A DNA stretch of 64,000 nucleotides from Haliotis rufescens (taxonomy: Eukaryota): contig NW_025964223.1 in the NCBI RefSeq assembly GCF_023055435.1, positions 49,352,001 through 49,416,000 of the forward strand. The letters run 5' to 3'. The translations under genes were made by a program, and so were the position numbers. The first letter of the stretch is position 1. Every line of letters begins with the position of its first letter. A model generated the notes under the pieces. That model saw nothing but the letters and a program-made list of their open reading frames with translations, made no database searches and had not been told where the DNA came from. Shown in pieces: positions 10,840 to 21,832 of the stretch.

Positions 10840-12530
10840 AGTGGTAAGTTTGAGTGGTAAAAATTCACGTTAGCTACGAGAGAAGCACAGAGAGCGAATG
10901 ACACTTCCCCACAGACAGCCCGGCTGATACTCCGGAGGCGCGGACGTCGGAGGAGACACCCTGCTTGTTGTGGCTGATAGCTGCACGCTTACAAGCGCGT
11001 GTGCTTTTTCGTGTATTTGTATCCGAATAATCACTTATTAATCAAGGAAAGTTTCAATTTCAACAATACAGTTAGGTAGTAAAAACATTTGGCTACATTT
11101 CGGTTACAATAGCAACGCTCACGGGTGAAGTTCAAAGCCACACGTGCTGTTTCCAATGAAGCGACCCAGTCTAAAATGTAGACATCGCTACTTTCAAAAG
11201 CACATTTTTAGCCTTGAGACTCAAGTTTATGCATTTTAAACGTTGCCTGTCAATTCTCAATATATCTAACTATGAAAGTAAAACACAACACTCATCAGTA
11301 TTGCCTATGATAAGCTAGAACAAGCGTTCAAACAACGACAATGAAGCACGTTTTTCTGACGACTTCGCCATTATGCAACAGAAAACATTTGACACTATAT
11401 TTCTGGAGACATAATTTTGGTCACTTCAGTTAGAGTTGAAACTAACTTTGTCATAACAAGTAAGTAACGGGGATTTTACTTTCAGGAAAACAGTCTAGTA
11501 AGACGAGGATCTCGGGACACAAGCAGCTAGGGCGCGAAGCCCCGAACAGTAACATATATACATAGGTGTTTAGATCACTCGATCGGTCGTCACAGATTAA
11601 GTCTTTTTGCCTGTCTTAATAGCACGATATTAGTAGGGGTCTTCGTCGTTTGGATGTTAATATTACCAGAACAATATAGGCTACAATGCATCAACGAAAA
11701 GTGAATGTTTCATACGAAAGGCCAGATCGAGTGAGCGAGTGTGCCGGGCCTCGTGTTAATCAGTGATCACATGTTTTTACAACGGCTAGATTTTAATCCC
11801 TGTAAATATACATCATAAATCAACAAACACAACATGTCTACTGAACCCGCTGAAAACGCGAGCATGCTGTTTTCATGGCAATGTCTGTTTACCAATGTGC
11901 GGTGTCTATATGTAGCTAAAGTTTGCCTACAGTAGTAGTAGTAGTATTATAGATTTTACGACCGCTTCAGCCGTTGGCTATTTCGCAGTCGGGGTCAGAC
12001 GGGTTTAACAATAATAAATAATAGTGGGTAATACATAAGTAATCGGCTGGCCCAAAAAAATGTAAGTTTAGGGGGGTTAAAGAAGAAAGAAATATAGTAA
12101 AGGGGTGTGAAGGGAAAAGAAGTTTAGCAGTAGTAATGTAGAGCTGAGAGAAACCTAATCTAAGGGAAGTAACTAGTGCAGAGACTTGATATAATATAAA
12201 ATCAGTTAAGCTGATATGCTAAATAATAATATGTATTATAAATGAAAAATAACAGTGGGGAAGGTGAAAAACCTATCATAAAAAGTGTGGACTTACTGGC
12301 TGGGGTAGGGAGTCAGGAGAGGGGGGGGTGGGTATAGGCCGTGCGCGTGGGAGCTGAGCTTGGGTTGGTGGCTGGTTGAACGGTCATATTTATTAGAGTA
12401 TGGATATGGGCGAATTTGTCGCGCGGACGTCGGAGAAGTCGGTCCGCGCTGAGAATTTGGATCCCGATCCTAAATTGTAAATGTGTGGGTTTTAGGCATA
12501 GCGTTTATGCTGTACTTTGTTGGGATTTTC

Positions 12531-13802
12531 CTAAAGTTTGCTTATTAGATTTGTAGTTTTAAGGAATGTAGCTATATGGGTAAATTTAGTGGTATGGTTA
12601 AAGGGATCTAGAAGGAGTTGGATGTTGTTTTTAAGCTGTGGGGGGAGAGAGTTGTAAAGTTGTGTTTGTTGTTGTTTATATTGTGAACAGTGGTTGAATA
12701 TATGGTCTAGTGTTTCAGGTGTATTGCAGTGAATGCAGTTTGGATGTGGGTGTCTTTTTTGTTTGTAGAGTGTCTCGTTTAGATTAGTTTGGCCGCTTAG
12801 CATTCTATTAATGACTTTATCTGCTAAAATGGACTTTGTGAAGTTTCGACACTTAATGACTGGTTTATTAAAGAGGGATTTTGTCAGGATTGACTTACAA
12901 TTTTGAATATTAATTTTGAAATTTTGAGATAATGTGTTTCTTTTGATTAATGATTTTATCTCGGCTTTACTGGTGGTGAATTCAATACTTGGTGATGGTT
13001 GGGTGGTGGCTAATTTTGCTGCTGTGTCTGCTAATTGGTTGCCTGTTATGCCAGCGTGTGCAGGTGCCCATAAGAGAGTTATTGTTTTGTTTGATTGTAT
13101 GAGTTTTGTGTGAATGTCTATGATATTGTTGATAATGTCTTGCCTTGATTTCGATTGTTTGTTATGAATTTGGGTTAGTGCACCTAATGAGTCTGAAATT
13201 ATAAGGAAGTTAGTGTCATTGGATATTTTTATATAGTGATATGCACATTGTATAGCCAGTAATTCAGCTGTGGTGGTATGTGTGTAGTTGGTATAGTGGA
13301 AGTTTGTGGTGATTGGTGTAGGTTGTGTGATCTGTAGGCCTAGTCCTGTTATGTCATTGTTAGTCTGTGATGCATCGGTATAGATATGGGTGTGGTTGGG
13401 CCAGTTTTGATGTATGTAGTTATTAGATATTTCCTTTTTATCAAGATTTTTAGGGTCAGGATGTGAGATGAATGTTTTGTGGAGTGAGAGGTCTGTTTCA
13501 GGGGGGGGTTTGTCATTTATGTATATGTTTTGGGGGCTTATGTGTTTGATGTTTTCTAACTGATGTATTCTTAGGAGTTTGTAGAGATGTGTAAGATAGG
13601 GGGCTAGGGTATGATTGTTTTTGAATTTCTTTAAGGTTGCAGGTCTAAGGTTGTTGTATTTAGTGATAATTTGTTTAAGGATGGGGTTTTGTTGGGCCCC
13701 AGCCCAGTAATTAAGAATGGTTTGGTTGCGGCGGAGTTGAATGGAGGTGGTTCCTGATAGAAGCTGAAGGGTATTTAGGGCTGTACCGGTTCTGGTACCC
13801 AG
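12531..13802 (-). pseudogene. Family C ORF2, C-terminal half (RNase H + CCHC)
   Basis: Manual translation gives IYTDAS, LWAPAHAGITGNQLAD and CIHC..H..C. Confidence 0.85.
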
Positions 13803-14065
13803 TTTTACTTACTTATATTAGGGGATTTTACGTGCGCTTTCCGACTGGAGCGTATTTCGCACACGGGCCCGGCCGGGCCATTTAGTGATATAAAAGGGGA
13901 AGCGAGAAGAGTGCAACCAAGGAGGGGGGTTTAGTGGTTGCTTATATAAAGTTTTGAAATTTTGAGATTCGGAAGACATGCCTTGGGGGAGTGGTTGGGA
14001 CTAAGGGAGTGTGTGGGGGTGAGTTGTTGTTTTTAGATGTTTAGTGTTGGTGGTTTAGTGAATTT

Positions 14066-17000
14066 TTAGATACGATTAATTAGGTCTGTTTTGGTTAGGT
14101 AAATGCCTAGGGCTTTGAAGTTTTCTATTTTATTTTGGGGGTTGAGGATTGCTTCTAAGGTAAGAGCTTTATTTGGATTTAGGTTGGTTTGTAATGTTGT
14201 ACGTTGGATGAGGTAGTGGGTGCAATGTAGTAGTACGTGGTCTATGGTTTCTGGGTGAGTGCAGTGTGGACACTTCCCGTTTGCGTGTTTTTTTAGTTTT
14301 AGAAGATGGTTATTTAGTTTGGTGTGTCCTGTTTGGAGTTTGGTGATTATTCTATCGATTTTTTTGGATGGATGGAGGATTTTTGGTTTGGTAAGGGTTT
14401 TTTTGAGGACTTTTATGATTTGGGTGTTTGTGTTTTGATAGAGGCTATGCCATTTTTGGGTGATTTTGTGTTTGTTGATACTTTTGATCTCTGATTTACT
14501 TATTGGTAGCTTAAGGCTTATCTCTGGTATTTTTAGGGACTGTTTAGCGGCTTGGTCGGCGTTCTCATTACCGTATATTCCTACGTGAGCTGGTATCCAG
14601 GTGAGTACTATGTTTTTGCCTGCCTCTGTTAATTTATCTATACTTTTGAGAATTTGGTTTATTAATTTGGGGCGGTTTTTGGTGTTTTTGCTTTGGAGGG
14701 CCTGGAGTCCACTTAGTGAGTCTGAGAGTATTAGGATTTTATTTTGGTTTTTAGTGTGATGGCTGTGGAGGGCCGTGGCGATACCCATGAGTTCTGCGGT
14801 GAAGATAGATTGGTTGTTTGGGAGTCGGAAGGATTGCGTATTTCTTATTGGTTGGGCTATGTGGACTCCGAAACCTGTGTGATTTGTGAATGGATCAGCA
14901 GATCCATCTGTGTAGATGTGGCACCAATTTGGCCAGTTTTGATGTATGTAGGCTAGTGAGGTGGATTTAGCTATGTTAGGGTCAGTTTGTTTGTTTATTG
15001 TTTTGGCTAGGGAAGTGTCTATTTTGGGGATTTTAAGTTTTGGGGTGAATACGTTGGATTTTTTGCAGTTTTGTTGTAGGTTCCCTATTTGGTGTTCGTT
15101 GCGGTAGTTTATAATACGTTGGGAAATTGGAGTGAGTAGAGGGTGTTTCCTAGTTAGTGCCTGGTTTTTGGGACGTATGTTTAGGTTTAGGAGATTTTGT
15201 AGAAGAGGGTTTGATTGAGAAGCTGCCCAGAAGTTTAGTGTTAAGTGTTGCCTACGTAGGTTTAGCGGCATTTCTCCTGTGAGGGCCTGAAGTGACGTAA
15301 GGGAGGTGCCTTGTTGGGTACGTGTGACTAATTTGAGGGCTTGGTATTGGATTGAATCTAGTTTTTTGGTTAATGTTTCGTTTAAGGTATCGTATATGGC
15401 ACAGCCGTAGTCTAGTTTGGATCTGATTAGGGATGTATAGAGGCTGAGGAGGGTATCTTTAGAGGCACCCCAGTTGGAGCCGGTTAGGCATCTTAGTGTG
15501 TTTAAATCTTTGCTACATCTTGTGGTTAGGTTTTGGACGTGGGCATCCCAGGAGAGATGTTCGTCGAATATTAGTCCTAAGAATTTAGTTTGTTTCTGAA
15601 ATTGGATTGGTTTGTTGTTTAGTTTAAGGGTGGGGGTGGCCCGTGTCATATTTTTATGTTTAAATACTATTCCTGTGGTTTTTTCAGTGTTTAGGGAGAA
15701 CCCCCATTTATCGGCCCATTGTTGTATTTTGTTTAGTGATTTCTGGAGTAAGTCCTGGGATGTTAAAATACTTTTAGAACGGATCCAGAGGGCTCCGTCA
15801 TCTGCAAATTTGGAAGTATTTATTTTAGGGGATAAGCCATCAAAGAGATCGTTTATCATTATGTTGAATAGTGTGGGGCTAAGAATGCTGCCTTGGGGTG
15901 TGCCGTTTTCTAGTGGACACTGGTCCGACAAGGCCTGGTCTATACCCACTGTGATTTTACGGTTTTTAAGGAAACTTTGGATGTAGTTTATGATTTGACC
16001 TTTTAGTCCTATTTTTTTAAGTTTTTGGATTAGCCCGTTGTGCCATACCATATCGAAGGCTTTGGAAAAGTCCAGAAAGATGCCTGTAGTATATTGTTTA
16101 TTTAGTTGTCCTGTTTTAATATCCTGTTCTAGACGTGCTAGGTTATCTAGGGTTGAGCGGCCGGGAGTAAAACCGCTTTGGTCTGAATTAATTATATTAT
16201 TTTGGGTTAAGTAGTGTTGGAGTCTATTTTTTGCCATGGATTCCATTACTTTGCATAGGTTAGAGTTGAGCGATATTGGCCTATAGGAGTTGGCTTGGTT
16301 GGCTGGCTTACCGGGTTTAGGGATGGGGATAATGAGAGCTTCTTTCCAAGGATTTGGAACCTGGCCGTTTAGATAAATTAGATTATAGAGTTTTAGTAGT
16401 GACTGGAGTAGTTTGGGCGGGAGTTTTTTGATTATTTGGTAGGAAGTTAAGTCTAGACCTGGGGCTGTTCCTTTTTTCCTATTTTGAAGTACGTGGTTTA
16501 GTTCTTCTATTGTGTACGGTTGGTTTATTTCTAGGTTGTTATTGTTTGGTTCTTGGATAGGTTTGGTTTCTGCCTGGAGTTTTTGTTTGAATTTATGGCT
16601 GAAGTTGTTATTGCTACTTATTGCCGAAAAGTGGTTTGCTAGGTTATTTGCTTTTTCGCTGGGAGTATTTGAGTTGTTTATGTTAGGCGTTTTTTTTTGT
16701 TTTTTTAAGCCTCTGACGGCGTGGATTTTGCGCCAGACTGTTCTGGCATCTGTGCGATTATTTAGTCCCTCGCAGAATTTTTTCCAGTCTCTGGTTTTTG
16801 CTATTTTGACTAGTGTTTGGACTTGGTGGTTTAGTTGGTGAGCTACCGGTATGTGATTATGGTCGCGTTTGGCTTTATTGAAGGCTGATTTACGTTTTTT
16901 CCTAGTTTGTTCTATTTCCTCGTTCCACCAAGGTACCGAGGGCCTACCTGATTTATTTGGTTTTTTGAAAGGGATTGCGCTTTTGGCTGTGTTAATTATG

Positions 17001-17827
17001 AAGTTGGTTAAGTTCTGGCAGTATATTTCTGGGTCATTATTTTCTATGTTTTGTAGGTTTACTTGATTGCAAATATCTTGGAATTTGTCCCAGTTAGCTT
17101 TATTGTAATTGAATTTGGGCTCTGAGCTTTCAGTTTGGTGGGGGACGTTAGTATTTCCTATGGTTATATTTATTGGGAAGTGGTCACTTCCTAGGGGGGC
17201 GTCGTGAACTTCCCATTGTGTGCTTTGAGCTAGATCTGCTGTGCAGATTGTTAGGTCGATAGCCGACATGTTGTTATTGCTTTTATCGTATCTAGTGGGT
17301 TGGTTATTATTTAGAAGTACTAGATCGTTGGCCTCTATCCATTCTGAAATTAGTTTGCCGTGGTTATCTAGTTTATCCCCCGTGCCCCAGGAGCGGTGGT
17401 GGGCGTTAAAGTCTCCTAAGAAGATGGATGATTTGGTGCTTAGTTGTTTGAGAGTATTTAGATCCTCCGGTTGGATTTTTTGTTGTAGCCAGTGGTAGAT
17501 ATTTACGATGTTTATTTTTTTGTTTTTTAAGGTGATTTGGACGCCATTGGCTTCTAGGTTTGGGGTATTGACTAAGATTTCTTCGTAGTTTATGTCCTCA
17601 CGGATAAGTATAATTAGGCCTCCCGATGCTCTTAGTGTTTTTGATTTAGGTCGGTCTAGTCTGACTGTGTTATAGTTTGGAAGGTTAAATTTGGATTTGC
17701 TTGAAAATTTGGTTTCCTGGATACACGCTACATGTGGTCCCTGTTTAAGTTTAAATCTAGCTTTAAGTTCGTGGCTGTGGGAGTTAAGCCCGTCCGCATT
17801 CCACTGGAAGATATTTAGGCCTGTCAT
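14066..17827 (-). CDS. Family A ORF2, intact: AP endonuclease, RT, RNase H, CCHC
   Basis: IFQWNADG, CIQETK, LGDFNAHH, AIDLT, SDHFPI (APE); KFADD (RT); YTDGS/GNENAD (RNase H); 1253 aa. Confidence 0.96.
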   Translation of the reverse strand: MTGLNIFQWNADGLNSHSHELKARFKLKQGPHVACIQETKFSSKSKFNLPNYNTVRLDRPKSKTLRASGGLIILIREDINYEEILVNTPNLEANGVQITLKNKKINIVNIYHWLQQKIQPEDLNTLKQLSTKSSIFLGDFNAHHRSWGTGDKLDNHGKLISEWIEANDLVLLNNNQPTRYDKSNNNMSAIDLTICTADLAQSTQWEVHDAPLGSDHFPINITIGNTNVPHQTESSEPKFNYNKANWDKFQDICNQVNLQNIENNDPEIYCQNLTNFIINTAKSAIPFKKPNKSGRPSVPWWNEEIEQTRKKRKSAFNKAKRDHNHIPVAHQLNHQVQTLVKIAKTRDWKKFCEGLNNRTDARTVWRKIHAVRGLKKQKKTPNINNSNTPSEKANNLANHFSAISSNNNFSHKFKQKLQAETKPIQEPNNNNLEINQPYTIEELNHVLQNRKKGTAPGLDLTSYQIIKKLPPKLLQSLLKLYNLIYLNGQVPNPWKEALIIPIPKPGKPANQANSYRPISLNSNLCKVMESMAKNRLQHYLTQNNIINSDQSGFTPGRSTLDNLARLEQDIKTGQLNKQYTTGIFLDFSKAFDMVWHNGLIQKLKKIGLKGQIINYIQSFLKNRKITVGIDQALSDQCPLENGTPQGSILSPTLFNIMINDLFDGLSPKINTSKFADDGALWIRSKSILTSQDLLQKSLNKIQQWADKWGFSLNTEKTTGIVFKHKNMTRATPTLKLNNKPIQFQKQTKFLGLIFDEHLSWDAHVQNLTTRCSKDLNTLRCLTGSNWGASKDTLLSLYTSLIRSKLDYGCAIYDTLNETLTKKLDSIQYQALKLVTRTQQGTSLTSLQALTGEMPLNLRRQHLTLNFWAASQSNPLLQNLLNLNIRPKNQALTRKHPLLTPISQRIINYRNEHQIGNLQQNCKKSNVFTPKLKIPKIDTSLAKTINKQTDPNIAKSTSLAYIHQNWPNWCHIYTDGSADPFTNHTGFGVHIAQPIRNTQSFRLPNNQSIFTAELMGIATALHSHHTKNQNKILILSDSLSGLQALQSKNTKNRPKLINQILKSIDKLTEAGKNIVLTWIPAHVGIYGNENADQAAKQSLKIPEISLKLPISKSEIKSINKHKITQKWHSLYQNTNTQIIKVLKKTLTKPKILHPSKKIDRIITKLQTGHTKLNNHLLKLKKHANGKCPHCTHPETIDHVLLHCTHYLIQRTTLQTNLNPNKALTLEAILNPQNKIENFKALGIYLTKTDLINRI

Positions 17828-17877
17828 TATTTGGGCTTTTAGTGTTTGGAGATTATGATTTTGGTTTAGGTTTTAAT

Positions 17878-19528
17878 TTATAGTCCTGCGGTAGCTAGGG
17901 TGTAGCTTGCGTAGAATTCTGGGTAGGTTTGGGTTGTAAGATTTAGTCTACGAGCTACTTGGTGTAGGTTAGTGGCTTTAATGTCTGGTTTGATTTCTTT
18001 CAGCAGGTAGAGTAGAAGGATTGTGAAGTTATTTAGTTGGGTATTTAAGGGTGTTTGGGGTTCAGGTTGAGTTTGAGGTTTGCGTTTGCGGTTTTTGAGA
18101 TTTTTGGGGGCCGACCGTGTTATATCATTTATGTTAATCTGAGTTTCGGTTTGGGAGTCATCTAAGTTAATTAATGTCCTCACTATCCATGGGAGTTGTT
18201 TGAGTGTTTGGTTGTGTCGTGCTGGGTATTTCAATGGGTTGAGTTATGTTTGTGTTTTCGGGTGTTGCTTGCTCGTGTCCGATTGTTGTTGCCCTGGTGG
18301 CTGTGGATTGTATGGTGTTTGGGTGGGATATGGCGGGTATGGTGAGTTTTGGTTTGCGTGCGGGAGTAGATGCAAGGACTGGTTTGGGTGTGGCGAATGT
18401 TGGCGGGTAGTGTGGGGTTTGGGTGTTTGTGGCTGTTGCGTGTGGTGTTTTCATGGGGACGCCGTCAAACGGGCTCTGTAGGTGTGGTTCGTTGTTTGGT
18501 TGTGGTGTGGGTAGCAAGGGTGTTCTTGGATGCTGTGTCAGTTTTCGTGTTTGTAATTTGGCCGAGTCGATGTCTATGTGTCTGTTGGCCTGTTGGGTGA
18601 GGGTGTGTTTGTGGGGGCATTTGTTGGATAGTGAGGAGTGATTGGTTGTTTTGCAGTGAATGCACCAGGGAGTGCAGGATCCTGGACATTGAGGTTGAGC
18701 GCAAGTTCTACATTTAGTTTTTTGATATTTACAGTCGTTAGCGGTGTGGTTATATTGAAGGCAGTTAGTGCACTGTTTAACTTGTTTGATGTAGGGTTTA
18801 ACTTCTAATTTAGATGACGCTCCGAAGGAGATGTGTTTAGGGGCTACTGGATATTTATCTGATTTTTGGAAGTTTATGATGACTATTGGCGTGTTGGTTA
18901 TTCTACCGTTCCTATTTGAGGTAATTCTCCTAGTGCTGGTTATTTTAGGTTGGAGGGTGTCTGTGTTAAGATTTGCTTCGTTACTGTATAATTCTAGGTC
19001 TTCCTCTGACTCTCTAGGGTTTACTCTGATTACTCCTCTAGTGTATAGTTGCCAGTTTGGGGTTTGGTGGGTTACTGTGTATTGAAAAATTTCCGTTATT
19101 TTTTTGGCTGCATTAAGTGAGTGTTGGTCCGGAAAGATGATTTGAAATCCTTTGTGAGCTTCCCTGATTTTATCGAAGTGTATTTTTTGTTTTTTAAACC
19201 ATAGTCCTACTTTATTAGCGGTGAGTACCTTACTTAGTGTGTTAATGGGGCCAGCCGCGCAGAAGTAGAGAGCGAACGTGACCATGGATGCAGGGATGGA
19301 AGGTGATGTGGGTGTTGTGTTTGAAGCGTCCAACTTCCGTTTTTTGGGGTTTGTTGTGGTTGCGGGCGAATCCGAAGTTTTGGTAGGAGAAGCGACTGTA
19401 GTTGGCTTTCCGAATTCGTGTGGGATGAGGGTTTCAGGTGTCCGATCGGAGGTGTTGTGGGCCTCCGATGGTGTGGGTGTCTCTGTGCAGTGGATGTCTG
19501 CCTGGGTGATTATACGTGTGTCGGCCAT
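17878..19528 (-). CDS. Family A ORF1 (gag-like, three Cys/His knuckles), frameshifted near 18170
   Basis: QCTNCLQYNHTANDC, CRTC and CIHC..H..C. The C-terminus (..TLATAGL) is in another frame, whereas it is continuous in the A' copy. Confidence 0.88.
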
Positions 19529-20019
19529 GTCTGTGGTTGTGCGTAGGTTGATGTAGTGTGTTTAGGTTTTGTTTGGGGGGAGGAGAGTGAGCTGAGCTTA
19601 AGAGGGGCTTTTGTGTGTAGAGTGGGTGACTGGGTGAGTGGTGTTTGGCTGGCTTCTGCGCTGTTTGGGTTTGTTGGTGAGTTTGTTTATTTAGTTAGGA
19701 GATTTTTTGAGGGTTGGTGTTTTAAGTGGGCTTGGGGGTGAGTTACTTTTGCCTAAGTTTGAAAGGGTGTGTTTGGATAGTAACTAAGGGATTTGTGGGT
19801 TTGGTATTTTAAGTGGGCTTGTGTGTGATTGGTTTTAACCTAAATTGTATGGGTGTGTTGTGATAATTACCGAGGTGTTGCTCTTGGGCTGGCTATCAGT
19901 GGAACTGTGCTGGCTTGGGAGGCTTGCTGGGTGAGGTTGGCTTGGTGGCTGGATGGCTTGGGTTGCTTCGTAGGCTGAGGAGGTGTTGCTAGCTTGGAGT
20001 ACAAACAAATCTTAGTCAA

Positions 20020-21830
20020 TGGTACCCAGGGCTATCTTTAGAGCTTTATATTGAATGGAATTTAGTTTGTTATTAAGAGTTTCTGAGATGGAGCTGAGGA
20101 CCGGGGCAGCATAGTCAATCTTAGATTGAATTAGTGACTTGTATATATTAAGCAGTGTTTGTTTGTCAGCGCCCCAATCAGTGCCGCTGATGGCTCTCAT
20201 TAAATTTAAGTCTTTTTGACATGATGTGACCAAATTATGAATATGGGGGGCCCATGTTAGGTGCTGGTCAAAAGTAATTCCCAGAAATTTGGCTTCCTTT
20301 TTGAATGAAATGGTTTGATCGTTAAGGGTGAGTTTGGGTGTGCAATTTGGCTTATGTCTATTTTTGAAAAGTAGGCCGATGGTTTTATTAGTATTAATTT
20401 GGAATCCCCACTGGGTTGCCCAGAGTTCTATGTGTTTCAGAAGGGGTTGAATTCTTTTTTGGATCTCTTTTATAGATGTTGACGACGTCCAGAAGGAAAT
20501 GTCATCTGCGAATTTTGCAGTAGTTGTTTTTTTAATTTTAGGTGGGAAAATGTCGTCAATCATAAAATTAAAAAGTGTTGGGGAGATTATACTGCCCTGT
20601 GGGGTACCATTGTCTAAAGGATGTGGGTCAGATAGGATGTTGTTGGTTTTAACTGTGATGTTTCTGTCTGTTAGGAAAGAGTGTATGAAATTTAGGATTC
20701 TACCATCTATGGCTTTTGCTTTAAGTTTTTGGATTAGGCCATGATGCCAAACCATATCAAATGCTTTACTAAAGTCTATGAAAATGGCCACAGTATATTG
20801 TTTTTGGGCGAGTGCTGTTTTAACGTCATGTTCTAAATGTAAAACGTGGTCTAAAGTTTGTCGGTTTGACATAAAGCCACTCTGGTCCTCATTAAGTAGT
20901 TTTTGGGAAGAAATTTGGAATTTTAGTCTATTGTTTATGACGGATTCCATTATTTTACAAATATGGGAGGTTAACGAGATAGGGCGGTAGGAATCCGGTT
21001 CTTTGGGGGGGTTGCCTGGTTTGAGAACCGGTACTACCAAAGCTGTTTTCCAAGCATGGGGGAGGGAGCCTGAAGTCCAAATTTGATTGAATAATTGGAG
21101 AAGAAGTTTTTGAATTTTAGGGGGAAGGTGGTTTAGGATAGTATAGCTAATATTGTCTGTGCCTGTGGCTGGGGCTGTATTTTTGTTATTGATGGCTGTT
21201 TGTAGTTCATGTATGTTTATTATTTTATTGTATGACATGCTTGTGAGGGGTGGTCTGGGGGAATAAGTGGGGTGATTTTTAATAGTGTCTTGCATAATGG
21301 GGGTGTGGTTGGCGGAGCTGCTAGTGGCCGAAAAGTGAGCAGCCATGGCGTTAGCCTTTTCTCTATCTGTATTTAGATTAGGGAAGGATGGGGCTGAGAA
21401 GGTTTTTGAAGTGCCCTTTATGGCTTTAAGTTTTTTCCATAAAATTTTGGTATTTTGTTTCCCCATTTTCAAGGAACTGGTAAAAGTTTGCCAATGTTTT
21501 CTTTTGGCTGCTCTTATAAGTTGTTTAGTTGAGTTTCTGAACTGTTTTGCCAAGGGGAGTTTGGTTATGTCCCGCTTGGCTTTATTAAGTGCCTTTTTTC
21601 TAAGTTTTCTAGAATTATCTATTTCTGAGCTCCACCAGGGGACAGTGATATGGTGCGGTGAAGTTTTGACTGTTGGAATGCATTGGAGGGCTATATTGTG
21701 AATTTTGTTTGTGAAGTTTGTATTGAAGATGTCGTTGTCAATGTTGTGTATATTTTGTATGTTTATTTGATTGCAGAGTATGTGGAATGTTTTCCAGTCA
21801 GCCTTTTTAAGATTGAACTTGGGTTGCTGG
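20020..21830 (-). pseudogene. Family C ORF2, N-terminal half (RT)
   Basis: YRPISLTS, DFSKAFD, GTPQGSIISPTLF, KFADD, WGADKQ. Confidence 0.9.
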
Positions 21831-21832
21831 GA

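Larger units (their letters stand above)
13803..20019 (-). mobile_element. Apparently full-length non-LTR retrotransposon family A (6.2 kb), nested in family C
   Basis: 10-bp TSD tggtacccag (13793-13802 and 20020-20029), ~490-nt 5' UTR, ORF1, ORF2, 3' UTR and (TAAG)n tail. Confidence 0.96.
11928..21830 (-). mobile_element. Non-LTR retrotransposon family C, 5'-truncated, interrupted by nested family A element
   Basis: (TAC)n tail at ~11931-11946 and ~600-nt 3' UTR. ORF2 halves 12531-13802 and 20020-21830 rejoin as KALKIALGT|RTGTALNTLQ. Confidence 0.93.
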
